Assembly: GCF_006345805.1 (NCBI RefSeq)
Contig: NW_021834825.1
Coordinates: forward strand, 1 to 45,203
Length of the DNA stretch: 45,203 bases
Direction of reading: 5' to 3'
DNA from: Octopus sinensis
Lineage: Eukaryota
Shown piece by piece: positions 1 to 11,639 of this stretch. Each line of letters opens with the position of its first letter. Positions within the stretch are counted from its first letter, which is position 1. Under the pieces are notes generated by a model. The model did no database searches, was not told where the DNA came from, and saw nothing but the letters and a program-made list of their open reading frames with translations. The position numbers were made by a program, and so were the translations under genes.

Positions 1-971
1 TCTTTCTGCCTGTTTGTCACTACTCATGGTTGGATCAAGCTACCAATGAGTTAGTCTATCTATCCAGATCATTATTAGAGAGTTTAATTGACCTAAAAGA
101 AAAATTGTACTTTGTAAGTTACTGCATTTGTGAATCACAAGTCTGCTCATGTGTTCGCAGCTAACAGATTGTAGATCACAAGTTTTGTCTTTAGCACATT
201 CTTTTCCAATTATATACAGATGTAAGTGAATGTGTATATTTGTTTCTATAAGAAAATCATATACATATATGATTTCTTTTATAAACAAATATACACATTC
301 ACTTGTACTCCGTATATAACTGGAAAATAAATATGAATATGCTAAAGCCAGAACATGAGATATATAATCTGTTAGCCAAGAACACATGAGCAGACTTGCG
401 ATTATTGTATTAATATTTAATAAAGCAAATCAATTTTTGTTTATTATTTGATCCACTCTGATCATAAACAGGTGTTAATGATAGGCATGTCTGAACAGAA
501 ATTGATCCAACTGTAAGTGAAACTTCATCATAAATATTTTTTCACCAAAAATCTGTAAGTAATGTATGCACCAGAAAGTCTTGTGCATTTTATATGCTGC
601 TCTGCATAGAATAATGTTTTCAGTGCAATCTATTTCATAGAAAAGGGAATTATTTTTTAAAATATAAAATATAAAATTGTTGTAGAGGATGCTTTCTCTG
701 TGGAATATCCACAGGTTGAGTTAGCCTTAATACTGTTTTTCTACACACTATGATTTGCATTAAAATAGGTATGAAAACCATCACCCCAGTCATACATACT
801 CTTGTACATAACACATTAACACATGTGATATATGTAGTTGGGTAGACTCTCATTTTACCAATTAATGCACAGAAAAATAAATGAAATGGAGTAATTACTA
901 AAACTAGTGATAGAAACTACCTCCCAAATGCTTAAACAAGAAAACATCCAAACAGTCAATATTTTACTTAC

Positions 972-1079
972 ACCTGACTGTTGCAAAAAACTTTTAAATT
1001 CTTCCATTGTACTGTTAGAGACTGTCATATCTTTAAACATTCCTTCTAATTTAGAAGTGAACTGGCAACCACATTCCGT
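972..1079 (-). CDS. CUL3: Cullin-3 coding exon (108 nt; last exon visible in window)
   Basis: tttcag|ACG...GGT|gtaagt; [36 protein letters not shown]. Confidence 0.97.
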
Positions 1080-1299
1080 CTGAAATAAAACAATGATATT
1101 AAATGCACAATGTAATGTGGCAGATAACCAAGAAAAATTTTACACAAGGTGTGGATGGTTTCATTCACAATTTTCAACTGCTAATTTTACACATTTTTTA
1201 AACTTTCATTGCTTGTCTTTCTCTTAAAAACAGTAATCATTTTTGCTTTATTTTCTTTTTGCAGAATAATTGACTATGGAAAAGTTTTAACCCCCACCC

Positions 1300-2215
1300 A
1301 ATTTGTGGTATAGGCACGAAGTCCTCCTTGGAATCAGCACCAGAAGGACAAACAAGATTTCAGTAGAATTGCTGTCCGTATACAAGCATCATATAATCTT
1401 TCTTTCACTTTGGGAGAAAACTTTTGTGGCTAACAGAGGTAACAGCTCTCTGCATTTCGTCCATCCTATTCTTATTCTAGCTATCACACTCTCTGTACCC
1501 CACCCCCAACACACACAACTAGTTTGGTCCCCTAGGTAGCAGAAATAATCTATGACCTCTAATGAGCAAAAAGGACATTTCAGAGAATCAATTTCCCGAA
1601 TCTCTTTAAAGATTTTATGGATCCTGTGCATCTTCCATAGACAAAATCTATCTTCTCTTACAACCTTCCTATTAACCCACTGTACATCTTGTGTGCCCAT
1701 AGCTTACACAGTATCAAGTTCCTGCCTACACCTTTCCTACAAATTGAACAAGGTCACCTACCTAAAGGGGATAGGTTCCTGTCAGTTTTCTTGCTTACTG
1801 GGACCTTAGTCTTAAGGTCCTTAGATTCCAGGTTTTGCTTCTACACTTTGAATTTTTTATCTAGTGCAAGATCATCAGCATATAGTAGTTCCCAGGGGCT
1901 GCTAGTCTTGAATTCCTCTGTTATGGCCTGGAGGACTGAGCCTTGATGAATCCCTACTTGTACTCCAAATTCTTCACTGTACTCATGGTTAACTCTCACC
2001 TTAATGAAAGCATCTTTGTACATGGCCTGTACAGCTTTCACCAGCTACTCATCTATCCCTAGCCTCATCAGAGCCCAACATATCACACAGCGGGGCACTC
2101 TAAATCAACAAATGCCAGGTTTAATGGTCTATTCTTGGTTAAGTACTTCTCTTGCAGTTGCCTGACTATGAAAATAGCATCAGTAAGTGCTTCTTCCCTA
2201 GACAAAGCCAAACTG
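1300..2215 (-). mobile_element. RTE-clade LINE reverse-transcriptase remnant
   Basis: Broken frames contain VGIHQGS, WELLYADDLAL and GWTKCRELLPLLATK, the same family as the 39.3-43.4 kb element. Multiple stops and frameshifts; edges approximate. Confidence 0.85.
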
Positions 2216-2716
2216 CATTTCATCTAGCTTAAAATATATCTCAAAAAATAAAAACACCAGTAATTTTTTTCTGAGCAGTTATCATGCAAATGAATACTAT
2301 CTGCATCATGTAGAAGCAATTTCCAAGGTTACTTTTCGAAATCTCTGATCAACCATCAAAATATTGAACAAATGCTTTCAGTGACAAAATAAAATCCTGG
2401 ATTGCCATTTTGTAATGTTAGGCAACTGAGTTGTTAATCATGTATTCTTCTACTAAATTTTCCCTCTCTTACAAAACACTCCCTTAACTGCAATAATTAA
2501 CATAAGCTCAACCCTTTTCTACCATATTTCTGTTGAAATACTCTGCCTTTATTTCAATTAATTTTGAAAATAATGAAGAATTTAGTGAAATAATCTTTTA
2601 TCATGATTAAGCTGGGGTTTGGAACAAATTAACCAGAAATTTTGATGGAAAGTTTTAATTTAAATCAATTTAAAGCAAGAAATTTCTATCACAGAACCAA
2701 GAATGGTAGGTTGGTA

Positions 2717-2939
2717 TTAATCCTTTAGCATTCAGATTACAGTCAAATGTAATGCTTATTTGTTCACATTATTTTGAATTAATCATATATTATCTTGTAG
2801 CCTTGAAATTTTGATGATGCGATTATTTATTTTTAGAATGATATTGAAGTATAGGTGTGAGAGGCCGGATCTGGCCAGTTTCAACATAAAACAAACAGAA
2901 TACTTGGGTCTGATATTGGCTTGAATACTAAAGGGTTAA
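2717..2939 (+). mobile_element. ~215-bp MITE, piggyBac-like
   Basis: TTAA|tcctttagca ... tactaaaggg|TTAA: short TIRs with a TTAA duplication at 2717-2720 and 2936-2939. Superfamily inferred from the TTAA TSD and (C)CC...GGG ends. Confidence 0.7.
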
Positions 2940-3865
2940 AAAGTATCTTTTGCTTTTAACTGTTTAATTACTAGTTAACAAAAGTTGATTCTATTCAAGG
3001 AGACTACTTTAGTGATAGCTGTGACAGCTAAACCTATGAATGACAAAAAAAAATGTTTGACAATTGAAAGCCACTTCTGAGACCTCTAAGAATTGCTTTT
3101 CTATAGCATGTCCTGCTTATTATCTCCCAATCACCCCCCATTACCCTTTTTAATTTTACTTTACCATATGGCTTTACTGTACTCTACTGACTAGGGATGT
3201 CACTGCACAAACACTCCACCTCACTCCCATTCTATTCCTTATCACCCTAGCTCTCCTGTCCCTCCTGAGGCATATGCTTAAGTGACTTCATCAGATATGC
3301 ATGTTCTATATATGCTCTACCTGTACTCCCCACTTAGGCTGATTGGAAAAGTATAGGCAGACATCCATCATTCACCCTTAACATTTATCCACCTCTCATT
3401 CATCATGCTATCATCCTTCCTATCTTCTTAAGGGCTGGTGCTGTAATAAAATACACCAATTGTACTATATTATGTGTGGAGTCGAGCGGACTAAATTTTG
3501 TCGAAAACATGACAATCTACCTAGTGCTGCTGCCATGAAAAGATGTACCCAGTACATTCAGTACAATGGTTGGTGTTAGAAAAGGCATCCAGCTGCCGAA
3601 ACCAAACTAAATATGAAACTCATGAGCAAGATGTAGTCCTCACACCTATCTAATCCATGCCAGCATGTTAAGTGCAAAATAAAATGTTACTTATTAAATA
3701 TTTTCTTGCGTATTTTCCCCATGCTTTCTTGTGACTGGAAACATTTCATACCCATTGAAAATAACCAGCATATACTGCTGATTATTTGAACTTTGAGGCA
3801 GACATCTATCATTCACCCTTTTACTACTTCTGAACTTTGAGATGGTGTAAAAAAAAAATGCGGAA

Positions 3866-4085
3866 CCCTTTAACATTTAAACCAGCCATATCCGGCCAAA
3901 ATATTCTACCTGTTCAAAGTTAAAACTGACCAAATCCAACCTCTTACACCTACCCTACAATGTCATTCTAAATATATAAAATCACATCATAACAATATTG
4001 AAGCTATGGGATAATGCCCAATAAATTCAAAGCAACATAAATAAATAAACAATAGACTGGACAAAGAAATCCAAATGCTAAAGGG
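3866..4085 (-). mobile_element. Second, inverted and more diverged copy of the same MITE
   Basis: ccctttaaca...tgctaaaggg termini; internal sequence aligns by eye with the reverse complement of 2721-2935. Confidence 0.65.
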
Positions 4086-4287
4086 TTTAGGTGTTAAAAT
4101 AATTTCAACAGTACCAAAATCCTTTTTATTTGCTTAAAACCCAGAAATCAGCAAAACACATTTAGCTGAAGGGAAAATGTAATAAATCTAAATGTCAGTA
4201 AAATCCAGAGTTAAAAGAAAAAGAAAATCTGAGAGTGTAAAAAACTAAATGAAATATATGAAGTAAAAACAAAGTAGAATTATTTAC

Positions 4288-4458
4288 CTTCAGTTTGGAG
4301 ATCATATTTTTTTCTGAATCATCAGAGACACTTTTATTTAGCAGCAATCGCTTTGCTAAATGTTGTTTATAATATCTTTCAAATACATCTTTCTCTTGTA
4401 AGAACCGGAAGAGGACCATGCTTTTATCAAGTACATTTTCTATTTCTTGTTCAGACAT
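4288..4458 (-). CDS. CUL3: Cullin-3 coding exon (171 nt)
   Basis: ttttag|ATG...AAG|gtaaat; [57 protein letters not shown], part of the cullin homology region. Confidence 0.98.
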
Positions 4459-4650
4459 CTAAAATTATAACATTTTTAATGAGGTAATATATTAGAGAAT
4501 TTTAAAATCTAATATAGTAAAAGAGTGGATTTGGTAACAGATCATTTTGATATAAGCAAGTAGGAGAGAAAACAATTAGAAGTATCCATGTTACTGTTGC
4601 AATGGTATTTATCCACTCTCTTAGGAGTTTTGCTGTTTTATCAAAATCAA

Positions 4651-5179
4651 TCTATATATATAAAACTGAGAATGTGTCTGTCTGTCTGTGTGAATCCCTA
4701 AAACTTGAGAACTACACAACCAATTTCATTCAAATTTTACACATGCCTTACTTAGGGTCCATAGAGTGTCATGGGCAAACAAAATTTTTAGCTTCTTGCC
4801 TAGGGCATATCTTCTCTACTATTTCAGTATTACGTGTCAAAAGTGAAAGAAAAACATCTCTCTATTGTAATGTCAGATACTTTCACTTTAATACTGAAAC
4901 TATTATATAGGGATGAACTGTAACTAGACATCCATTCTGCTAGAAGAAGATCCGCTATGGTCTTATATGCTACACCACTGGTTTTAAATTCATACTAATC
5001 AAATTAATATTCAATTTTTCCGCCTTATTAATTTAAATCTAAATTTACATGTATGTATGTATATATATATATAAAATTATAGATAAAACCACTATTAGGC
5101 AACTCAAACAGTGATAGACATAAACCAAAACATAAAAAAATAAATAATATAATATACAATATATATATATATAATATAT

Positions 5180-5225
<46 letters not shown>

Positions 5226-5607
5226 TGAGAATGTGTGTCTGTCTGTCTGTGTGAATCCCTAAAACTTGAGAACTACACAACCAATTTCATTCAAGTTTTA
5301 CACATGCCTTACTTAGGGTCCATGTAGTGTCATGGGCAAACAAAATTTTTAGCTTCTTGCCTAGGGCGAGCCCACAGCAATATCATATCTTCTCTACTAT
5401 TTCACGTGTCAAAAGTGAAAGAAAAACATCTCTCTATGTAATGTCAAATGCTTTCACTTTAATAGTGAATCTATTATATAAGTGGCATGAACTGAAAGTG
5501 AACATCCCTCTTATGTGTATGTAATATAATTTTTTCTGAAACTTCAGACTTTTCAATATGCTACACCTCTGGTTTTAAATTGAGATTAATCAAATTAATA
5601 TTCAATA
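4651..5607 (+). mobile_element. Two tandem 5' fragments of a non-autonomous Helitron-like repeat
   Basis: A|TCTATATATATAAAACTGAGAATG start at 4651 with (GTCT)n, then a near-identical copy from about 5221. Both end at aattaatattcaat. No 3' CTAG or hairpin seen. Confidence 0.6.
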
Positions 5608-5700
5608 GATGTATATATATATACACACATGTATATATATATGGACATATATATATATACGTGTATATGTATAGCTGTATATATATATATATATATATAC

Positions 5701-5909
5701 CGGAGTAAACACATAAATGTGAAACAAGGTGGAAAAAAGAGTACTCAAATACCAGTGGTAGAGTAATATGCTTTATTTTAAGCAGCAGAAAATTCAACAA
5801 AATCTGTTACTCTGAGTTTCTCGTTGCCGTTCATCAAACTGTCTGATGAACGGCAACGAGAAACTCAGAGTAACAGATTTTGTTGAATTTTCTGCTGCTT
5901 AAAATAAAG
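5701..5909. mobile_element. PLE pseudo-LTR-like repeat with inverted partial duplication, inserted in (TA)n
   Basis: 5701-5836 is highly similar to 32191-32327 with the same (TA)n|CGGAGTAAAC junction. 5771-5836 and 5844-5909 are perfect 66-bp inverted repeats. Confidence 0.7.
5836..5885 (+). ncRNA. Minimal type-I hammerhead ribozyme motif
   Basis: aaaCTGT-CTGATGA-aCG GCAA CGa-GAA-ACTC a GAGT-A-ACAGattttg. Core CUGAUGA/GAAA, GUA cleavage triplet (5870-5872), palindromic helix III. The helix II closing pair is an A-A mismatch. Confidence 0.7.
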
Positions 5910-6012
5910 TATATATATATATATATATATATATAGATGTACATGCAATATGTACACATATATACATGCATACATATACACACCCATATACATATGCACA
6001 CACACATATATA

Positions 6013-6335
6013 GGTGCAGGTGTGGCTGTATGGTAACAAACTTCGTTCCAAAACACATGGTCCCGGGTTCAGTCCCACTGTGTGGTGACTTGGCATGTGT
6101 CTTCTGCTATAGACCAACCAAAGCCTTGTCAGTGGATTTTGTAGACAGAAACTGAAAGAAATCAATTGTATATATATATATATGTATGTATATATGTAAG
6201 TCTATGTGTGTGTTTTGTGTTTCTCCCTCATCACTGCTTTACAACGGCTGTTCGTTTATTTAGAGCCCCATAACTTATTGGTTTCACAAGCAGAAACTGA
6301 TAGAATAAGTACCAGGCTTATCAAAATAAATAAAA
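6013..6335 (+). mobile_element. tRNA-headed SINE (abundant octopus-type family)
   Basis: Head GGTGCAGGTGTGGCTGTATGGTAA...GGGTTCAGTCCC has A/B-box-like motifs. Homologous copies at about 16293-16600, 27924-28200 and partial 7010-7170. Confidence 0.75.
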
Positions 6336-8100
6336 AAAACACTAGGCAGTATCCCATACTTTTGTTTGCCCACACAATTTATCTTTGTGTGTGTGTACAT
6401 ATATATGGATTTCGTAGACAGGAACTGAAAGAAATCAATCGTATATATATGTATGTATATATTTAAGTGTATGTGTGTGACCAGGCTTATCAACATAAAA
6501 AAAGCACTATGCTGTGTCTCATATTTTTGTTTGCCCACTCAGTTGTATCTATCAATTTATCTGTGTGTATATATATATATATATATAATACACACACACA
6601 CACATATATATATACATACACATGTATGTATATGTGCACATTCATATCTATTATATCAAAGACAATGTCTTTATGTGTTCGTGTATTACTTATACATTTG
6701 AAAACTGCTGTACCGATCATAATGAAATTTGGAACACAAAATCCAAGCCTAGAGAGAAGGGTAATGCTGTGTGTTTCATACAATTTCATGGACCAAAATT
6801 ATTGAATGGATCCTTATGATATTTGAAACTTAGATTCAATGCATAAGGGCAGGTATAATGCAATACGTTTGGTTTGAATTTCAGTTGGCTTAAAGGGGGC
6901 AGAACCCCCATGAAAATTCATAAATTTTCGATGTTGATGAAATTTCAACCATGGGTAATTGACACACATCAAGAAGTATTCTCAAAGTTTCCACTTCACA
7001 TGAGGATTCACTGTGTGGTGACTTGGCATGTGTCTTCTGCTATAGCCTCAGAACAACCAAAGCCTTGTCAATGGATTTTGTAGACAGAAACTGAAATAAA
7101 TATATCGTATATATATGTATATATGTAAGTCTATGCGTGTGTCTTTGTGTTTCTCCCTCATCACTGCAGCGCAATTGCTTATCAAAATAATGGGGGCCTT
7201 AACTTCCAAATTTTAGTCATTTCTTTTATGATCCAAAACTAAGTCAAAATTACTGAATGGATCTTTACGAAATTTGGAAATTATATTCTATGCATAAGGG
7301 CCACAACCCCCATGACAATTCATATATTTTTGCTGTTGATGAAATTTTAACCATAGATATTAGATATAAATGAAGTAATATTTATAAAATTTCATCTTCT
7401 TACAAGTTAGAAAGACCCCTTCATGGGGACTTAACACCCACAATTTTGTCATTTTATCTAAGCAAAGATGAATACACCCGAGCATAGAAGACGAGCATTA
7501 TTTGTAATTCAATGGTACAACAGTGTAAGTTTGACATACACTTAGATTGTGATTTCTGCAATGTGCTGCATAAATTGACAAGTAAATGAGAGGCATCTTT
7601 GCCTCCACTGATTCAGTTGCAAAGTGTTGAGTAAAGTTATTTGATTGTAGATCTTCTTTCAGTCTTTTTATTATCACTGGGTCACACATAGTCCCCACAT
7701 GGTAACACTGATTTCAAGGCCTTCCCAGACGAGTGACTGGTTATTCAAAGACATTTATAGATTGTAAATTTATTCTGTCCAATTACATATCAGTATAGTG
7801 GTCATTTGCAAATTCCAGAGGTGACAGTTTCATTTCTCCTTAGCCCTCGCGTCACACAGTTGTTAATGTTTATTTCAGTTGGGTCATGCCCTTCCAATTG
7901 CTATAGATTCGTAATGCATCTTACGGCTGTGCCTGTCACCTGCATGGTGAGGAATACTACATTGGGAGTGGTAACAACTAGGGTACTGTAGCTGACTGCT
8001 TATTGTGATCATTCGTCTTTTGGTTTCCTGTAGCTTTGCTCTCTTTTACAAACACAGTGAACATATATTTCCTATTTCAAAGAAATTCAAACAATAGATA

Positions 8101-9369
8101 CGAGGAGCGTTCAAGAAGTAATGCCCCTGACCCACTTCCTCTAGCAGTAGAGCAACGAAACCTGGCACAGTTATTAGTCTTTGTCTACATAGGAAACACC
8201 CAGAGTTACGCATTTCTCCCTTCGTTTGATGCAGCTCTGGAGACTGTTTTTGTAGAAGACCCCAGCTTGGTCCTCCAACCACGACGTGACTTCAGAAATC
8301 AAGGCTGCATCATCTGGGAAATGCTTTTCCTTTCAAAAACAACTTCATGGCTGGGAAGCGGTGGAAATCAGAGGGTGCAAGGTCAGGAGAGTAGGGGGTG
8401 GAGTTCATAGCCGCACGCCTGTGCTTCGGTTGTGGACCGGAGCGTTGTCCTGCAGGAGGAGGATGCCTTTGCTGATCTTGCCCCGCCTCTTGATTTTGAT
8501 AGCTTCTCTTAATTTCCTCAAAAGTGAAGCATAATAGGCTCCTGTAATTGTGGTACCCTTTGCCAGGAAATCTGTCATCACTACTCCGTCCTGGTCCCAG
8601 AAGACTGTGAGCATGACCTTGCCAGTGGAAGGCTGCACCCTTGCCTTCTTTGGAGGAGGTGAGTCACGGTGCTTCCATTGCATTGACTGGGCTTTGGTCT
8701 CTGGATCATAGTGATGGACCCAGGTTTCATCCTGTGTAATCAGTCTTTTGAAAAATTTTGACTCATCTTCTTGGCACATCTCCAAATTCATCCTCGTGCA
8801 CTCGACGCGTTCTTGCTTCTGGAAAGGTGTGAGCAACCTGGGAATCCATCTTGCAGACACCTTTTGCATATCCAAATGGTCATGAATGATAGTTTCCACA
8901 GACCCGGTACTAATCTTGACCTCATGGGCTATTTGGCGAATAGTTATGCATCGATCTTCCAAAATGGCAGCCTCAACTTGACGGACAGATGCCTCATCAA
9001 TGGCAGAAGGGGGGCGACCAGATCTGGGAGCTGTTTCCACAGAGTTCCAACCATGTTAAAATTCACGATGCCAGCGTTTTACAAGGTCATATGATGGGGC
9101 ATCATCACCATAAGGTACTTTCATTTCATCAAAAGTCTTCCGTGGTGTGCGTCCTTTCAAATACAAAAACCGGATCACTGCTCGACACTCAACAGGCTCC
9201 ATTTCATACTTGACTCAGTTCAAACACCTGTACATCAGAAACCGCAATTAGTCCAGAGCTGTAATTTGCCACTTAATCTATAGAGATATCAATAATTGCA
9301 CATGCAAAATTTCAGCTAGATCAAATAACTGCAAGTGGGTCAGGAGCATTACTTCTTGAACGTCCCTCG
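8101..9369 (-). mobile_element. Full-length mariner (Tc1/mariner, D,D34D type) DNA transposon, 1269 bp
   Basis: 37-bp TIRs with 3 mismatches (8101-8137 and 9333-9369); TA TSD at 8099-8100 and 9370-9371. Confidence 0.95.
8174..9202 (-). pseudogene. Mariner transposase pseudogene
   Basis: ATG at 9202 (MEPVECRAVIRFLYLKG), in-frame TAA at 9058-9056, motifs WIPRLL, QDETW, QDNAPVH and YSPDLAPSD. Deletions and frameshifts after DNA; TAA at 8176-8174. Confidence 0.92.
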
Positions 9370-11042
9370 TATAAGACCCAAGTTAAAAAGATTCTCAACA
9401 ATTCCACTTCTCTGGTTGACATTAAGATGTCCACCCCCAACAGGGGCCTTAACTCACATTTTAGAGCTCCATGACCTCCATTTTTCAAGAGCAAAATTCT
9501 TTTAACAGGTTCTATAAGACTGGAATTTTGGACTATGTGCATAAAAATCAGTAGTATGGGATACATGTGGCATGATTTTTTAGGGTGTGTAAAGAGGGAA
9601 ATAACCCGCATCTGCAACTTTCATGAAATTCGAAACATAGGTATTCCAGTTCATTACAGAAAATACAACAGAAAAGTCTAATTCTTTAATTGCATGTAAC
9701 ACGGGCAACGCCGGGTAACTCTGCTAGTTTCTAATAAAATTGCTAAGTAGGTTGAAGAAAGTTTAAACCAAAAGTACAAAGCAAACATGATTTAAAGTCA
9801 TTATACTGTTCAGTGCAAAGCATTTTTTTTTCTTATATACTTCTGATGTTTTAAGTAGTTTAAACCAAAATTCCTCAAAGCATTTTACATATTTTTTTAC
9901 ACAACATGCTTAATTCATGAAATCATTTAATTTAGTTATACAGTGCGAGAGAAAGTTCTTACTGTGCTTAATTTGAATATAAAAAGTAATGTCTTCATCT
10001 TCATTGTTGTGAACCCTCCAGCCTTCATCAGGTGTCTATCATGTTTGATAACCTTCTTGGGATTTCAAACTGAACTTTATAAAATTCATGGATATTGATT
10101 GTTATGCATACCAGGGAAATTCTATTATTAGTTATTCTCCTATTTGTGTAGTTTGCTGGTTCTGACTGAATTAGAGCACATATTATTTGACTGAACCAGA
10201 GATTAAACATGTGCCAAATTAAACTACTACAATTAACACTTATATTCAGTAGATCCAACTGTTGTAAGATAATTATGTGGTAGTAGAAATATGAAGCTTT
10301 AAACCTAACTTTCATTTAATTTTTTTTTTAATGGATGTAGATTTAATGCTTTCTTAATGAAGGACTTCCCTACAGTATCCATCTCTATGCTAAACCATCA
10401 GTTGCTCCAATCTTGTTCTTGACTTTCTTCCCATTCTCCTCACAGACCATGTCTTTGTCTCCCCAGGGAAGAAACTGTATGTATGTCGTAGCCTACTTTA
10501 ATGTTGATTCAACTATATACCATGTAAAGTGGTCTTTCTTTATCAAGATCTGTAACAGCTTTCTTTCAGTTATCCAGGTTAGATCTTTTAACTTGTAACT
10601 ATAGTCCCTGGATCAATCAAACAATACTCTTGTTCAACTGGATATAACTAATAACAGAATATGCCAGGCATGGACACTGGAATGTATAGTAAGAGGTAAT
10701 AAAAAAGTTGGTGCAGAAATGACATTAAGCTGCAAAACACTACTTCAGAAAGCATTCTGCCAAGGCCAGCATGGAGAAGTGATGTTAAAAAAAAAAAAAA
10801 AAAAAAACCTGGTTATAATAATGTTAAATTTAATAAAGGATGCAATTTCAAATTCCAGAAATATTATCAAATGTGACAGGCACCTCAAGAAGGCAGGAAG
10901 ATACAACAGCTAAAACGCTGTAACTGCAACAACTAAGATAATCATTCCTAATCTCAGAAATTCAGACAAAATTTAATATGAATAAGAAACAAATAAATAC
11001 TGGTAACTCCTATTTATATCTTATTGTTAAAAATTAACATAC

Positions 11043-11219
11043 CCCTTTAACACCTTTTTTCAATTTATCATCAATAAACAGAGAGAGATATTCAGGAGAT
11101 CTTGTATTCAAATTAATGAAATATTCAAAATCTCCAGATATAACTTGTTTAAACTGTTTGTCGTCATTGAAAGACTCGTGCAGAAAGTGATCAAATCTAT
11201 CCTTAAGGTCCAAGAGGCT
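11043..11219 (-). CDS. CUL3: Cullin-3 coding exon (177 nt)
   Basis: tttcag|AGC...GGG|gtatgt; [59 protein letters not shown]. Not present in the supplied ORF track. Confidence 0.97.
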
Positions 11220-11639
11220 CTGAAACAGGAAAAAGAATCATAACTAAAAAAAAATATTACATAATGATTTACATATGCCTCTATTTTAAAAAAACAAAAA
11301 ATGACAAATGTATACAGTAGGTACCACATCTTGGAACTTATATGGAAGTTGGTAAAGTGTAACTTTTTAACTAGTGGTGATAGCCACATTGATTGATGTT
11401 CAGTCACTAGTTTACCTCTGTTTTTGTGGCAGTACTTAGTCTTAATAATGAAAATATGACAAGATTTTTGATACCATGTTTTACAACTATATAACTGCAT
11501 TGAAGCACATCCGAACTCTAAAATTAGAGATTGTATAAAAATTCCCTATAGGTGTTCTCAATAGCAGATAAATTTATTTGGCATTTACACAAAAAGAGAA
11601 ATTTCCTTAGAATGAGTCAGTGAATACCGTCAAAGATTA

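Larger units (their letters stand above)
6647..9727 (+). mobile_element. Putative non-autonomous Helitron carrying nested insertions
   Basis: 5' A|TCTATTATATC at 6647; 3' hairpin CGGGCAACGCCGGG then CTAG|T at 9724-9728. Related internal subrepeats at about 6780-7000, 7190-7440 and 9430-9470. Pairing of the two ends is inferred. Confidence 0.55.

Noticed and set aside
1-971. Next CUL3 exon (expected VDLTVRVLTTG.WP)
   Set aside because: No such peptide found on the minus strand; ORFs 40-387 and 650-853 do not resemble cullin, so the exon lies outside the window.
8174-9202. Domesticated transposase (SETMAR-like)
   Set aside because: Nonsense codon, frameshifts, intact TIRs and TSD, and no fused host domain indicate an ordinary dead copy.
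10020-10700. Possible further decayed non-LTR fragment
   Set aside because: Only vague peptide resemblance in stop-ridden frames; not supportable without a search.
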